Part shown: piece after piece, positions 63,435-64,000 of the stretch
Numbering within the stretch: position 1 is the stretch's first letter
Layout of the letters: every line of letters begins with the position of its first letter
NCBI RefSeq assembly: GCF_009914755.1
Contig: NC_060931.1
DNA: 64,000 nt
DNA from: the human T2T-CHM13v2.0 reference genome, Homo sapiens
Direction: 5' to 3' (one strand)
Made by a program: the position numbers and the translations under genes
Notes under the pieces: model-generated
Seen by the model: the letters and a program-made list of their open reading frames with translations, nothing else
Told to the model about the DNA's origin: nothing
The model's database searches: none

Positions 63435-64000
63435 CCTCAGCAAATGCAAAAGAACTGAAATCATAAAAGTCTCTCAGACCACAGTGCAATTAAATTAGAA
63501 CTCAGGGATTAATAAATTCATTCAAAACCACACAACTACATGGAAACTGAACAGCCTGCTCCTGAATGACTCCTGGGTAAATAATGAAATTAAGGCAGAA
63601 ATCAAGAAGTTCTTTGAAACCAATGAAAACAAAGAGACAATGTACCAGAATCTCTGGGACACAGCTAAAGCAGTATTAAGAGGGAAATTTATAGCACTAA
63701 ATACCCACATCAGAAAGCTAGAAAGCTCTCAAATTGACACCCTAACATCACAATTAAAAGAACTAGAGAAGCAAGAGAAAACAAATCCAAAAGCTGGCAG
63801 AAGACAAGAAGTAACTAAGATCAGAGCAGAACTGAAGGAGATGGAGACATGAAAAACCCTTCAAAAAAAATCAATGAATCCAGGAGCTGATTTTTTTTTT
63901 TAAACTAACAAAATAGATAGACCACTAGCTAGAGTAACAAAGAAGAAGGGAGAGAAGAATCAAATAGACACAGTAAAAAATGATAAAGGGGATATCACCA
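63435..64000 (+). mobile_element. L1PA ORF2 fragment (5'-truncated, runs off the window, frameshifted)
   Basis: ORF 63640..63852 [19 protein letters not shown]...KIRAELKE is L1 ORF2p. Confidence 0.93.

Overview
Human (primate) genomic DNA, rich in Alu, LTR and DNA-transposon repeats. The window holds coding exons 2-16 and the ~4.8-kb 3' UTR of AVL9 (KIAA0241; DENN-fold secretory/endosomal trafficking factor, chr7p14 from recall) on the + strand. Exon 1 lies upstream of the window. All 15 exons were delimited by hand at AG/GT sites and splice into one stop-free frame of 1854 nt, ending in TGA at 49287-49289. With a 31-codon exon 1 (from recall) this gives 648 aa. Almost all other ORF-track calls are Alu, Tigger or L1 artefacts. 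I see no new gene or biological system. The most interesting signals are: (1) rearrangement scars, namely a 639-bp Alu-Alu tandem duplication with a chimeric Alu, an inverted Alu pair sharing a private variant, two locally templated insertions and a micro inverted triplication; (2) an AluYa5; (3) an AT-rich palindrome; (4) predicted ALPS-like and LIR/W-acidic motifs in the protein; (5) a downstream ISRE/ETS/kappaB-like motif cluster. Repeat subfamily names come from memory of consensus sequences, and repeat boundaries are approximate unless a target-site duplication (TSD) is given.
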